From NCBI RefSeq assembly GCF_964213995.1, contig NC_135807.1, forward strand, positions 116,126,001 to 116,190,000: a DNA stretch of 64,000 nt, written 5' to 3'. The position numbers were made by a program, and so were the translations under genes. How positions within the stretch are numbered: position 1 is the stretch's first letter; every line of letters starts with the position of its first letter. Below, piece after piece: positions 23,128 through 36,570 of this stretch. The DNA comes from Mustelus asterias. Its lineage: Eukaryota. The notes beneath the pieces are model-generated. The model was not told the origin of the DNA. It saw only the letters and a program-made list of their open reading frames with translations, and did not search any database.

Positions 23128-23810
23128 GAGGAAAAACAGAGGGAGGAGAATATGGAAATTGGGAGCAGTGATGAGGGAAAACTGAGGATAAAGAATAGGA
23201 TAAACAAGAGTGGGGAAGAGGGGAAAACGAGAGCCATGGCTATGGAAAACTGAAAGCTGGGAAGAGCAGGGATGAGGGGAAACTGCGGGGAAGGAGTAGG
23301 GGAAACTAAGGGAGGGGATGAAGGGAAAATAAAGGAGGAGGGTGGGAGGGAGCAGAAAATGTAGAATGTAGAGAGGGGAAATTGAGGGTGGGAGGGGAAA
23401 ATGAGGTTGGGTGGGAGGGAAGGAGGGAAAATTGAGGGCAGGAAAGAGTGCACCTGAGGACGGGGAGGATGGGACACTGAGGGCAGAGAAGAGTGAAAGT
23501 GAACACCGGAAAGCGAGGATGCTTAGGTGCTGAGGAAGGGAAATGGAGGGTGGGAAACATAGCATAAAGAAGAGGAAAAATGAGTCCCAGGAATAGAGAA
23601 AACTGAGGTTGGAAAATCAGGAGAGGAAACAGCATGAGATGGGGAAGAGGGGAAATTAAGAGGTGAAACGAGGGCAGGATAGAGGAAACAGAGCATGCAG
23701 AAGAGGAGAGACTGAAGGTCGAGAAACAGATAAACTATAAACGATGAAGTGGGAAAAGTTAGAGCGGGAAAACAGAGAGCAAGAAAAAGGAAGAGCTGAG
23801 GAAAGAATGG
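23128..23810 (+). repeat. Purine-rich (GA) degenerate minisatellite / low-complexity tract
   Basis: Recurrent GGGAAA(A/C)TGAGG motif about every 25 bp. Confidence 0.85.
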
Positions 23811-23844
23811 AACCTGTCTGTGTCATCTTCTGTTTGGCATCATA

Positions 23845-24545
23845 GATGTATAGAAACTAGAGCAGGAATAAGCCATTTGGCCCTTCAAGCCTGCTCTGCC
23901 ATTCATTTTAATCATGGCTGATCATCAAATTCAATATCCTGCTGCTCTCTTTCTCCCACATCCTTTGATCCCTTTATCTCCAGGAGCTATATCTAATTTC
24001 TTCTTGAAATCAGACAACATTTTGGCCTCAACTACTTTCTGTGATAGTGAATTCCACACATTCACCACTTTCTGGGTGAAGAAATTTCTCCTCACCTCAG
24101 TTATAAAAGGTTTGCCCCTTATCCTCAAACTATAACCCCTAGTTCCGGATTCCCCCACCATTGGGAACACTCTTTCTGAATCTACCCTATCTAACCCTGT
24201 TAGAATTTCACAAGTTTCTATGAGATCCCCTCTCACTCATCTAAACTCCAGTGAATATTATCCTAGCCATCATAATCTCCCCTTATAAGGCAGACCTGCA
24301 ATCCGAGGAATCAGCCTGGTAAACCTTTGCTGTACTCCCTCTATAGCAAGCACATCCTTCCTCAGATAAGGATATCAAAACTGCACATAGTACTCCAGGT
24401 TTGGCCTCACCAATGCCCTATGCAATTGCAGCAAAACATCTCTATTCCTATACTCAAATCCTCTTGCTGTGAAGACCAACATACCATTTGCCTTCTTTAC
24501 TGCCTGCTGTACCTGCGCACTTACTTTCAGCGACTAATGCACAAG
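23845..24545 (-). mobile_element. CR1 LINE 3' fragment
   Basis: ORF 23931-24236: MRGDLIETC..RRNFFTQKVVNVWNSL. Confidence 0.92.
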
Positions 24546-25613
24546 ATGGGGTTCTTCAGGGTTTGACTGTTTCCCCAGGAAAGCTACTTAAGACTGTTGT
24601 TTGTAAAAACCATAATTATTTATTTACAGCTCTATGTACATCTCTGTAGCTCCACACGAGTTTGGACTTGTTCTTCCTTCCAAATCTCTGTTACTTAACA
24701 TGTAACATGCATCTTACAGCTTGCACAGCAATCACATCAGTATCAGATGCCTTCTGATATTAACTCTTTATTCTACATTGCCCCATCCCCCCAAAATTTT
24801 TCTCCCAATTATTTACACACTCCTGAAACACCCACTCACCCTAAAGTCTCAGATTTTACAGCGTTCAGTCTCTGAGGTGCCTTGACCAATCTCCCCGATC
24901 TTGTTCCGATCTCATTCAGGTGTTGAGGACATTCTGCACTCTTTCTTTGCTGGATGTGAATGTCCTTCTCTTGGGCAGTCGTAGAGCTTTATCTTGTTTT
25001 TTTGTTCCTTATCTCCGTTAGGATCTGATTAGTCATTCTAAGTCTCTATTGGCTCCTTTCCAAGGATATTAAGATGCTGCAGTTTCTCCTGAGATTTACC
25101 TGATCTGTCTCAGTCCTGTAAGATCTTGGTTGTGGAGCTTTTTCTGTTATTCTGCTGTATTTGTTGGCCCCATATCCACACATTCTCCATGGACTGTAAC
25201 AGTGTTAAGTTTCATACTCTTTGCCTGAAGTTAAAATTACAAATCTGTTTGTGTCTCTGTTGCTCCTCACGCTTTTTAGTTATTCCACTATCATCCGAGG
25301 TAAGATTAGGTTATATTTTCTGTTGCAGAGCTGGGAATTGTGTTCTCAGCTATTTTCCCTTCAATCATGGTGAGCCATTCAGACTCGAAACATTAGCTCT
25401 GTTCTCTCTGCACAAATGCTGAGATTTTTCAGCCCTTTCTGGTTTGGTGCCAAATTTGCAGTTTGCACCCAATTTGGTTAATAGGGTACTTTTAGCTCAT
25501 TTTGCAAGGCTCTCACCCATTGATGCCATTAGGTGGACCACACATTCCAATGATTTGTTTAATTGAGGCAAGTCCACAGATTTTGGTTGAGCTATTGGGC
25601 TTTGGGATTGTGG

Positions 25614-28600
25614 TGTTATATATCTGGGATTACTGCTGTGTTGTTGCATTCACTTTAAGAGTGTAGTAACGTGTATAGTTCAATATGTCATTGGCTGCTT
25701 TGCGAGCTTTTGCTTTAGTCCTTGTAGAGTTAATAGCTATTCAATAAGCCTGTGATGTAGTTTGCACCCAACCCCATGTGGTGTGACTTCACATTCTGTT
25801 ATCCTACAAGTGCAGGATTTAAAAGGACACTGGCAATGAGGATCAGATAAAATTATTTTCAAGCAAAAGGAAAAGAAAATTGGAGCTGCACTTACCAACC
25901 GAAAACCTCAGAACTTTCAAACTGGGGCAGAATCAACAGCATGTGCACCAATTACTTTTGGCATCAGACCGGTAAGGTTGTTGGGCAGAAAAGGGAAAGG
26001 TCTATACCGAAAATTAAAACCGGTACCCCAAGGAGCTCAGGCTACAGAGCTCGCCACATACACAATTAGATTGAGGCGCGGAGGTAGAGTGAGACAGAGA
26101 GATCTTGTGCATTGCATCAAATCTAAGAAAAGCTGTTACAGCTGGCTCAGATTATGATTTGCAAAATAAGATAGACCACTGAGATAAAGGCAAATTTCTG
26201 AAGAAATGTTGCTGAGCAGATATTAGTATCACTGTAAAATAGCGGGACAGTTTGGTACCATTGGTCCATATGAGAAAGAATCCGAGAACTGGAAGACACA
26301 TACCAAGAATTAATAGACCAAGATACTGGAGGTCCATTATTCACCCAAACCATTAATTACAGTGGAGCATTTTAGGTCCCTCAAGAGAAATCAGCTGGAA
26401 AGCGAAGATATAGCATAATTTGTTGTGACTCTGAAGCGCCTCAGAGAGCATTGTGAAGTTGGTGACTCTCTGGATAATATAATTAAAGACTGTCTAGTTT
26501 GTGGGCTGAGAAGAGAGGCGATATAGTGGAGATTGCGAACTAAACAAAAGTTAAGTCTAAGTTAAGGCCTATTCTGCTATAAGAGATTACCTTCTAGGAT
26601 AGCATCAGCATCTACTTTATTCCAGTGGTCCATGAACCGGATCTTAAGTGGTTTACAGGGGGTACAATGGTACCTTGAGACATATTGATCACTGGTACCA
26701 ACAACCAGGAATACCTACGTAGCCGAAAAGCCACATTGAAACCCTTTTAGATGCATGGTCTTCGAGTTGAAAAAGTTAAGAGTGACTTCTTTCAAATTCA
26801 ATACAATATTTAGGCTATGTGATCAATAGTAATGGCTTACATAAGGCACCTAAGAAGGTGGAGCCTATCATGGAGGCTCCACGACCAACAAATGTAACAC
26901 AGTTAAGATCATTCTTCAATTATTATGGCAAATTTGTTTTGAATCTAGCAGCCCTACTCAAACCATTGCATAGTTTGTTGTGCATGAAACAAGCATGGCA
27001 ATGGACACCAGAGTGTGAAAAAGCATATCAGTCAGTTAAAGAGGCACTGAAGAAGTCAAAGTGTTGGTACATTTCAACCCTTGTCTGTGATGCCTCGCTA
27101 TATGGAATTGGAGTGGTAGTGTTGCACATACTAACATCAGAGGAAGAAAGACCAATAGCTTTCAGATTGCACACTGCTGAATTAACCAATTGGAGAAAGA
27201 GAGATTGTGTATTATTTTTGGTGTGAGGAAATTTCACCAATATCTCTGTGGTCATCACTTCACATTGCTGATAGATCACCATCCCTTAACAGCTATTTTT
27301 GGGTAACATAAGGGTATTCCATTGTTAGCTACAAGCAGACTCCTACAATGGTCTTTAATATTATCAACAGATTCCTACAAAATATCTTGGCAACATCTAC
27401 ACATTGACTTTGCTGGTCCATACAAGCAGCTCATGTTCACAATTGCCAGAGGTGCACACTTCAAATGGCTGGAACGTGTCCTAATGAAGTCAACAATGGT
27501 GGAACAAACCATTGAAAAGCGCAATTAAATTTTTGCCTGATTTGGGAAACTAGAACGAATGTTGACTGATAAATGACCACAATTCATGGCGCAAGAGTTT
27601 GAAGACTCTGTAAAAATGAGTAGTATCCAACACATAAAATCAGCACCATACCACCCATCAAGGAATAGATTAGTTGAAAGCTTTGTCCAGCCCTTGAAGC
27701 ACTCACTGAAAACCCCCAAGCACCAATGTTCATTAAATAGCTGTCTAAATAGTTTCTTGGTGATGTATCACAACACCACATACGCGGCTACTCAGAGTAC
27801 TCCAGCTTTACTACTACTGAAGAGAAAGTTGAGAACTACCTTTGATCTACTCTTACCGCAGGAGACATCTGAGATAGTAGAATGCAGTCGCAAATCTTAA
27901 GAAATGAAGGTAATTCCAAAAGACGCATGCTTCGACAAAAAGAGCAAGTTTTGGCGCACAACCATACCAAAAGCGAAAAGTTCCTGCAACTGTATTGGTT
28001 CAAACTGGCCCTATCTCCTATACAGTACAAACTGAAGATGAGCTAGTGTGGAGACGACATGCAGATCAGTTGTTAGCTGCGTGCACCCGTGTACCAGTAC
28101 CGTGTATGCCAGAGATAGCTCAGGATGAATCATCATCCATACTTACCGAGACTGTGACTTCGGGCCATTCAGCAGAAACCAAGACTGTTGAAGAATCTAC
28201 TGCTGCTACTGGTCTTCCTTCTACAAAAGAAACTGATATGGCTCCTAAGGTAGAGACATCCTCTGAAGAGCCGGAGACTACCTCTGAGGTCAAGAAGAAT
28301 CAAATCCCTGATGTGCGCAGGCAGCTAGTGTGGAGTAGACACCCAACAGATCTCCTTTCCTATTAGCTGTATTATTACTGTGAGAGTCAATTTAGCTCAG
28401 TTGGCTGGACAGTTGGTTAGTGATGCAGAACAATGCCAACAGCATGGGTTTAATTCCTGTACTGACTGAGGTTATTCATGAAGGCACACCTTCTTAACCT
28501 TGCCCCTCACCTGAGGCATGGTGATCCTTAGGTTAAATCACCACCAGTCACAGCCTATGGTCATCTGGGACCAAAGTGACTTTCCCTTTATTATTACTGT

Positions 28601-28913
28601 GTAATTAATGATTCATTGCCTGCCATTGCATATATGTTTTGTTAACTATGTACCAGCACTATAGTTATTTGTTGTTGTGGGACCTTAGAAGTAAAGGTGA
28701 AGGGATGTTATATATTTGGGGTTTGTTGTGTTGTTGCACTGTCACTTTAAGAGGCTAGTCACGCATATAGTCCGTGACGTCGTTGGCTTGCTTTAGTCTA
28801 GATCTGGCCTTTGTACACTTAACATACTATTCAATAAACCCATGCTGTTGTCTGCACCCCACCCCACAGGTATCACTTCACATTATTTTATCCTACAAGT
28901 GCAATATATAACA
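25614..28913 (+). mobile_element. Degenerate Gypsy element nested in the previous one
   Basis: LTRs 25614-25829 and 28706-28913 (TGTTATATAT...ATCCTACAAGTGCA...CA); PBS-like TGGCAATGAGGAT at 25831; PPT 28687-28705; relic ORFs with QLRSF..NYYGKF, CDASLYGIG, HIDFAGP, SAPYHPS. Confidence 0.88.
28384..28590 (+). mobile_element. tRNA-derived SINE (third family)
   Basis: A box TAGCTCAGTTGG and B-box-like GGTTTAATTCC; body unrelated to HE1. Confidence 0.6.
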
Positions 28914-29152
28914 TAAGGCCATTCTAGAACACCCCTTTGTTGGCATGGCTATTGGAGCGATAAACCGTTGCTGTAGTATGTACTCATTTTCACTCTTGGC
29001 CTTGTCCAACAGTGGGTGAGGGACCTTCCTCAGGGTGAAGAGTAAACTTGTTTAGCACCAGCTTAGAGTTACATTATATTTGGTTTTCAGCTTTCCTGAG
29101 CCTGTAAGTAATCAGCAACTTCATCAATCTTGTTGATCAGCTTCAGTTATAA

Positions 29153-29450
29153 GCAGGCCTTCCTGGTATTATCACTAGATTATTAATCCAGAAACTCAGC
29201 TAATGTTCTGGGGTCCTAGGTTCAAATCCTGCAATGGCAGATAGTGAAATTTGAATTCAATAAAAATATCTGGAATTAAGAATCTACTGATGATCATGAA
29301 ACCATTGTCAATTGTCCGAAAAACCCACCTGGTTCACTAATGTCCTTTAGGGAAGGAAATCTGTTGTCCTTACCTGGTCTGGCCTATATGTGACTCCAGA
29401 GCCACAGCAAGGTGGTTGATTGTCAACTGCCTTTGGGCAACTAGGGGTAG
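29153..29450 (+). mobile_element. Bipartite tRNA-headed SINE
   Basis: Matches the reverse complement of 22149-22536. Confidence 0.88.
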
Positions 29451-29902
29451 TCTAGCCACAAGGGGGAGAGTCCGAAGGTCAAGCCCTTGCCCCCAATCTG
29501 AGTACCCACTTCTGCAACCTCCAGGTCCCTAGGGGAACCCTCTCTCTGCAGCCTGGCAGCAGCAGAAGGGCATCTGGGCAGAGCATTAACCTCATTAATA
29601 CCCCTTGGGGTCCACCATGCCAGGTCCATGAATGTCAAGACTATGAGCCAAAGCCTGCCTGGTGCATTTCCCACTGGGGAGGTCTGTGCAACGTGGGAGG
29701 CCACTGAGTCAAGCTTCCAACCTGCAAATGAAATGCAAATCACTAGATTTGCATAATTATCGAGTTCCAGCCTGCTCTGGGCAAAAACCTGATCAGGGCA
29801 GGAAGGGCGAGCTGGGTGAGTGGTGACAGATTTGCTGCCTGGCGGGAACCCCATTTTAGCCCTGACGCTTGATTCAGCGGGATGTCAGGATTTCCTTCCG
29901 CA

Positions 29903-29946
29903 CCCCCCCCCCCCACCCCCACCCCCCCCCCCCCCCCCCCCCCCCC
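29903..29946. repeat. Poly-C tract
   Basis: Interrupted C run, directly visible. Confidence 0.95.
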
Positions 29947-29959
29947 ACACACACACTAT

Positions 29960-30290
29960 ATCACAATACGCTTATTTTTTTATTCATTCTGCCAAAATGG
30001 ATAATTTTACATTTTCCCACATTATACTCCATTTGCCAGAACTTTGTCCACTCATTTAACTTGCCTATGTCCAGTTGTAGTCTCTTTATAACCTGTTCAC
30101 AATTTACTTTCCTACATATCTTTGTGTCTTCAGCATATTTCACAGCCATACCTTCAGTCCCTTCATCCAAGGTATTGATATAAGCTGTAAAGATTTGAGG
30201 CCCCAGCACTGATCCCTGTGGCACACCATTTGTTACATCCTGCTGACCAGAAAAAGACCCATTTATGCCATATCCCAGTTTTCTGTTAAC
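29960..30290 (-). mobile_element. CR1 RT fragment
   Basis: PQGSVLGP..YAEDTKI..WQMEYNVGKC. Confidence 0.88.
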
Positions 30291-30749
30291 TAGAGACGAA
30301 TTAGTCTTGTATTAGGCACTGGTGCAGAGGTTCAAACATTCCAGTAGAAAACAATGTAGTTGAGGACCAGGCAATTGAAACATGGACAGAGCTCTGGCTC
30401 TTCTGTTGTTTTATTGGTGGAATCTGGCTGGCAGCCAACTTTACTTTGACAAGGCAATATTACAGGTAATAGCAGCTTGACTGAGGTGAAAGGTGGTCAT
30501 GTGACACAACTCCTGCTTATTTCCCATAGTTTGGACAAAGGATATATATTCCTGGTCTGGGTTTTTAAGGAGGTTAATATTTGACCCATTAATAAATTTA
30601 CCAGAGGATTCACTGTCCTATGTCTCCACAAATGGATTATCTCAATAGGCCAGGGCTTTGTCTCTGAAATGTACATGGGCCTTTACACATTACCTTGGGA
30701 TTTAATTTCTGTGGTCACAGGGGGCATTCGCAACTCTTTCGAAATAACA

Positions 30750-30873
30750 GGTAGTATTTTATGGCCTTGCTCTTCCTGAAACCGTAATATCCCATCCGAG
30801 GTTAATGGACCTTTCCATGGTTCACCTCTCGCCCGCTCTGACTCCCGTGGTGATGATACGGTAAAATCCCAGC
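30750..30873. mobile_element. PIF/Harbinger-type MITE (degenerate)
   Basis: Interior matches 8803-8912 (GAAACCG..ATCCCA.CCGAGGT.AA.GGA.CTTTCCATGG). Confidence 0.65.
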
Positions 30874-31708
30874 TATCAAGTTCACTGTGGTTCTCTGGAA
30901 GCTAGAAATTCTTTTTTCGTGAGTCGTAGACAATCATAGCTTCAGTGAGTGTAAAGCCTTAGTTCATTTATTAAAAATAATTTTAGAAAAAAGTCAGGAT
31001 GATATATATCTGTATGGTTTGTTTCATGACTTCTTGGCATGACATGTATAAAGGTCCTTAATAAATAAATCCACGCATTCACCCAGCTTTTATTTCTGCT
31101 TATTAAATTTTGCTCACTCAATAATCAAATTTGCATTTCAATATTTGAAAACTTCAGATTCCTAGAGGACTTCATAGTGAAAACTTGAACCTCATCAAAT
31201 CCAAATGTTGCTAATATGTTGTCAGCAATAGTTCCAGCTGCATAGAGTAAAGTACTAACCTGATCTTTTTGTTTCTTTCTGTGCAAACCTGATACTGTTC
31301 TGTATCTGGAAAACCTTTTTCTTCAGTTGTCCCAGTGTTGCGCCAACTGTGAACCTTCACCACTCTGGGAAGTTCCTGGGGGAGGCAATGTAGATTCCAT
31401 GCTTGTCCTGAGCTCTGGATCTGTTCAGTGATGTGGTTTGTTGATTTTTGTCTGTGCTCAATGCTGTCCAGACTCCAGGCCTGTGTCTCAGCTTGTATCT
31501 GCTGCACTCGCAATGATCTGAGTTTTTAGATCAGTCTTCAATTATTTTTCTTTTAAATCATTCTTCTCAGGATCTGTAGGTCTGTCAGATCGGTAGACTT
31601 CTCTAGCAGGTTTTCTTGGTTTTTTTCTAACTGTCTGCAGCCACCATGATTCATCTTATGTTTAGGGTCTAAATGGAGCTCTTCAGGATTTGGTTATTTC
31701 CTTAAGTC

Positions 31709-31995
31709 CGGGTTCGATTCCCGGCTCGGGTCACTGTCTGTGTGGAGTTTGCACATTCTCCTCGTGTCTGCGTGGGTTTCCTCCGGGTGCTCCAGTTTCC
31801 TCCCACAGTCCAAAGATGTGCGGGTTAGGTTGATTGGCCAGGTTAAAAATTGCCCCTTAGAGTCCTGAGATGCGTAGGTTAGAGGGATTAGCGGGTAAAT
31901 ATGTGGGGGTAGGGCCTGGGTGGGATTGTGGTCGGTGCAGACTCGATGGGCCGAATGGCCTCCTTCTGCACTGTAGGGTTTCTATGATTTCTATG
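31709..31995 (+). mobile_element. Young HE1 SINE, 5'-truncated at the B box
   Basis: Near-identical to 767-1059. Confidence 0.92.
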
Positions 31996-34429
31996 ACGAT
32001 TAAGAAAGCAAATTGAAACCATGATTAATTATTTACAGTTCTTTGTCCGTCTCAGTAACTCTACATGAGGTCGGACTTCTCCTTCCTTCCAGGTCTGTTA
32101 TTCAATTATGTAACATTGCATCACATTTACATCAGAATAAGGTGCTTCTGATATTAACCCTTTACTCTATATTGCCCTCCCCGCCGTTTGGGCTCCGTCT
32201 CCATTTAACAGCCCCATGTAACGCCAGAGGCATTTAAAGATATCACAGCCAGAATCAACACGGCATACCAGGATAACAAAGACGTGACTCTTTAAAGAGG
32301 CAAGTCTTCCCACCTTTCTTAGAAGAAGGTACTGCCTTCGAGAGCTACTAGCCAAACAGATAGCCAGCAGCTCTGTGGTCCCAGTGGAGCCAGACAGGTG
32401 TAATAGCCACTGCTGGTACTACAGGCAGTCCCACCACGCCAAGGAACCCGGGTATGTCCTGGGGTCGTAGCCTTTGCGAGGTGGATGAGAGGTGTTGGGG
32501 GCTGCGTTCAAGAGGCCAGGGTGAGGGGTTAATGGGGGATGGTGACTCTGAGGTGAGGAGTGGAGGCTATTATTTCCAGAAGGTCCAGGAAGCTCACAAA
32601 GCAAGTTCACCCCACCACTGTCCCCAAACCCCTCTCACACTTTGCACGTTACCACCCTGTGCAACTAAAACTCCTGGGCTTCCCATATGGTGTAGGTCTT
32701 CCCCTCTCGCGGATAAAATACCAGAGGCAATGGGATGAAGCACTTAACTGACTATTAATTGATTAAAAGGGATGTGTCTTGGTTCACTGAGAGTGAAGGG
32801 GTGGTTGGCATGAGGAACGGTCATGCAGTGCAGCAGAAAATTGAAACCGGTTGGTCTGCAATAAGTCAATCTAAATTGTAAATTGACTGATGACTTAAAC
32901 TGGTGTAAACTGTTGAAACATTTAATTGATAAGGTTGAAAGGGGGCAGGGAAATTGGTTTTTAAATGCCTTGTCAACAGAAGCATGAAAAGCAAAATTAA
33001 TTGAATAAACTTGAGCAATCATCTAAGGTGTAGTTATTATATTTTTAATCCTCTCCTGATCCAATTATCTTCCATCCTCTGGTAAAGGTGGAGACTCCTT
33101 GCTGTGTCAATAGAATGACCTCCTCATGAATGTCCAAATCATATGGTGCTGCTCTCAATCTTCTCCCTGCCTGGTGAGAGCCTCAGGCTCCTTTAACAAA
33201 TTTGGTGCTAAAAATAAGCAAATATCATTTGCTGATATTGATGAAGCATCTAGAAGAAGTAAAATCATGCTTGATAACAACACATTAGGTTCAAAAAGAC
33301 CGCATACCATGTTGTAAGTATGTTCTGTACATTACCTGAAAGCAGTAATTATAGGATTATGACCACAGTACATTTTGAGAGTGACAACAGAATCCTTTCA
33401 TTGCAGTGTGTCTGGATAGACTAAATAAGGTGCATTGCAAGACTCTACTGGGTTAATATTGGCAGGACTCATTTGACTTGGGACCCTTATGTCTGGTGGA
33501 CCAAAGGAACTTTCAATCTCAAGGAATGGCAGGTCCGACCCCAGTGTATCATTGCTTTTAATAAAACCAACTGCAGTCTTTCTTTGCAGACCGCAGTGCT
33601 CCATACTGGGATAACTATGCAAATATTTTAACAGTAAAGCAGAGAGGCAGCTCTTTATTATTATATCTCCAGCAAATCCGTTATTAAGTGCATATTGTTC
33701 TATAATTCTTGACATGCAAGCAGGAAATGGTTGTACATAAAGTACGGCCTATTGGGAATATCAAAGTTCACAGCAGAACTGATGAAAAATGTTACTGCAG
33801 CACTCTGCTGGCACAGTTTCACAGAGTCACTCTGGCTGTGCATTTTCCAACGATCCTCTTAGATTATTATCATTATTAAATGCATCATTCTCTCACCACT
33901 ATATGACAGTGCAACTTTAGTATATCAGATTTTCTTGGCACTGCATGATCTAATTTCATGGCACACGAACAATATCAGGTTGACTAGATTTGATATCAAG
34001 CTACACCTATCTGTGACCCCCTGCGTTAAATCAAATCAAGTCAAATGCTGTAGCAAAAAACAAGCTGGGAAACCAGAGCAGCAGTGAGCTAAATGAGCTG
34101 ATTTTATATGAGCTCTGATGCTTTGTCATTGATGACTATTGCTTTATCCAAGTCATTGAGATGGATACAGTTTATTTTGATGGACTTGAATCAGCTCCAG
34201 GATTGTTTTACGCCCATAAAATCATAAGAAATAGGGAACAGGAGTAGGCTGTGGATTAGCCATGATAAGATGAGCCTTAGTGTCAGGGGATACAGCAGGA
34301 TGAATACGTGGGGTTATGGGGATAGGGCCTGGGTGGGATTGTGATCGGTGCAGACTGTAGGGATTCTATGATTCTACGTTCAGCCACTCATTCTGCCATT
34401 CAATTGATCGTGGTTGATCCAACATGCCT

Positions 34430-34736
34430 TGATGCGCGATTAAATCACTCGGGAGGCTAGATTGTACCCGGGAAATAAAGGCTTTTATTACTAACAAGAA
34501 TGGAGCACACTATATACAATACAATCCCAGACTAAAGGGTCACCAGGCAGTGCAGTGACCTTTATACTTCCCCAGGTAGGTGGAGCCAACTGGAGTGTAC
34601 CACAGAACAATATCAACAGGTAGAACAGCCCAACCCTAACCCCAACAGTGACAACAGTAACATATCTACAAACACCCATAGTGCTGACCATCCATGGCTC
34701 AGCACTCATAGTGGTAACCAACTATGGTTCACCACA
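34430..34736 (-). mobile_element. Solo LTR of a third family related to Gypsy families 1 and 2
   Basis: Termini TGATGCG...TGGTTCACCACA; shared blocks GGCTTTTATT, CCCAGACT and CCTTTATAC; 5-bp TSD TGCCT. Confidence 0.93.
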
Positions 34737-34789
34737 TGCCTCGTGTCCACTTTCCTGTCCTTTCCCCATCGTGCAACACTCAGTCATCT

Positions 34790-35643
34790 TTATAGGGAAC
34801 GGTGAGTTTTGCACCGTTACTGAGGGGGGTGGGGCGGGTGGCAGGTGGGGGGTTGGGCACCGAGCCTAAAAGCGGTGTTGAGCTGGCTGCAGAAAACCTG
34901 GACATCATTTCGCCAGGACTTCCTAATCTCACAATGCACTTGGAGACCCCCTCCGACCTGCCATGGACATTAGGATCACCCCTCCCATCGGCGGCATGTT
35001 TTCACCTCCACTCAACACGGGTCACCCGTATTGGGGCATCATGACCTCCCAACCCCCCATCATGATTCCCTCACAATCCAGCCATGCACCACCTCACTCA
35101 CATAGCCTGCCCATCAAGGCCACCACCCAGGTCCCACCCCCACCCTCCCAGAACTGCTCCTGGCACATTGGCAGTGTCAACTGGTACACTGGCAGTGCTC
35201 AACTGGCACTGTCGTGGTTCCTGGTGGCCACTGCTGTGGTGCATATTGGGCACTACCAAGTGAGCATTGCCCGATGGGCACTGCTGGGCCATTTCTCTAT
35301 CACCCAGAGGTCTTCAATGGCTTCCAAGTCCCCTGGCGTGACCATCGCACCAGGTTTGTGCTAGTGGAGAGTAGTGATTCTCGCCATCATGGCACTGTGC
35401 CCAATGGCCAGAAGATTCCGTGTGCTGAGTTTCGATTGGGCTATGCATATTTAAATACTACTTTAAATATGTTAATTGGCTTTGCGCTCACTCTGGGTGT
35501 AAAGCAGTTCATTTCATTGGAGAGGGACCAGGAACACAGCTACCGTTTGACGCCCAGTGCCAATCGGACTTTTAGTGTTGCACGCTAGTTTCTCGGCTCA
35601 CCGCACTGTTTGCCGGACGCGGTGAGGTGGTAAAATTGCACCC
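34790..35643. mobile_element. Probable non-autonomous Harbinger-like element
   Basis: Ends in TIR-like GGTAAAATTGCACCC; GGCACT-rich interior. Confidence 0.5.
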
Positions 35644-35644
35644 A

Positions 35645-36060
35645 ACATCTTCCGTTAAATAAGGGGATCAAAACTGCTAATACTACTCCTCATACTGCTA
35701 TTAATTCACTAGCACCTTGTACAGTTGCAGCAAGACTTCCTCACTCTTATACTCCAACTCCCTTGAAATAGTCCAAAGATGTGCGGGTTAGGTTGATTGG
35801 CCATGCTAAATTGACCGTGTCAGGGGGATAGCAGGTTAAATGTGTGGGTTACAGAAATAGGGCCTGGGTGGGATTGTGGTTGGTACAGGTTTGATGGACC
35901 GAATGGCCTCCTTCTGTACTGTGGGGATTCTATGATTCCATTAGCCTTCCTGATTACCTGCTGCACCTGTGTGCTAGCTTTCTGTTTTTCATGCACAAGT
36001 ATCCCCAAGTCCTTTTGTGTTTCAGCTTTCTGAAGTTTTTCTCCATTTAAATAATACTCT
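35645..36060 (-). mobile_element. CR1 fragment with an HE1 3' fragment (35771-35937, plus strand) inserted
   Basis: Colinear with 24350-24545; SINE core and tail recognisable. Confidence 0.75.
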
Positions 36061-36274
36061 ATTTAATTTTATTAGTTGTCTAAAATTACTTCATGAAAGG
36101 AAGGAAACACTGTTTGTTTCTGTTAACATTAGCCCATTAAGGGAAGTACTAACAAAATAAATTTGTCCTGCTGTGTCGGGTCTGCTGGGTGCTAACGCTA
36201 TGATTTGGGAATTATTTGGCCGTTGTAATAGCTCTACTGGATCATTTGTGACAATTAAAACTCGGAGACATAGA

Positions 36275-36570
36275 AAAATAATCAAAGCAAATAACTGCGG
36301 ATGCTGGAATCTGAAACCAATGCAGTAAATACTGGAAAATCTCAACAGGCCTGACAGCATCTGTGGAGAGAGAACAGAGCCAACGTTTCAAGTCTGGATG
36401 ACTTTTCGTTAGAACTAAAGATAACTGGAAATAGGATGAGATTTGCAATGTTGTTGGGGTGGGTGGCAGAGAGCAGTTGGGACTGGATAGAGGGCAGTGC
36501 TAGGCAGAGGCTGGAGAGAAATTGACAAAGATGTCACAGACAAAAACAAAGGGAATGTAAATGTCTCCAT
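36275..36570 (-). mobile_element. Penelope family A pseudo-LTR fragment
   Basis: Reverse complement of 52470-52610, with a decayed hammerhead motif. Confidence 0.75.

Larger units (their letters stand above)
24560..32170 (-). mobile_element. Old degenerate Gypsy element hosting several nested insertions
   Basis: Diverged direct repeats at ~24600-24777 and ~32020-32170 (ATTATTTA..CAG...GGACTT..TCCTTCC...CTTCTGATATTAAC); integrase-tail-like RTRSGRLVKAPQRLN on the minus strand at ~24860-24905. Confidence 0.6.

Noticed and set aside
23038-23635. Long Pro/Phe/Ser-rich ORFs
   Set aside because: Artefact of the pyrimidine-rich strand of a low-complexity tract
33398-33715. 105-aa ORF in apparently non-repetitive DNA
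   Set aside because: No recognisable domain or convincing splice pair; the opposite strand has faint Harbinger-transposase-like traces too weak to call
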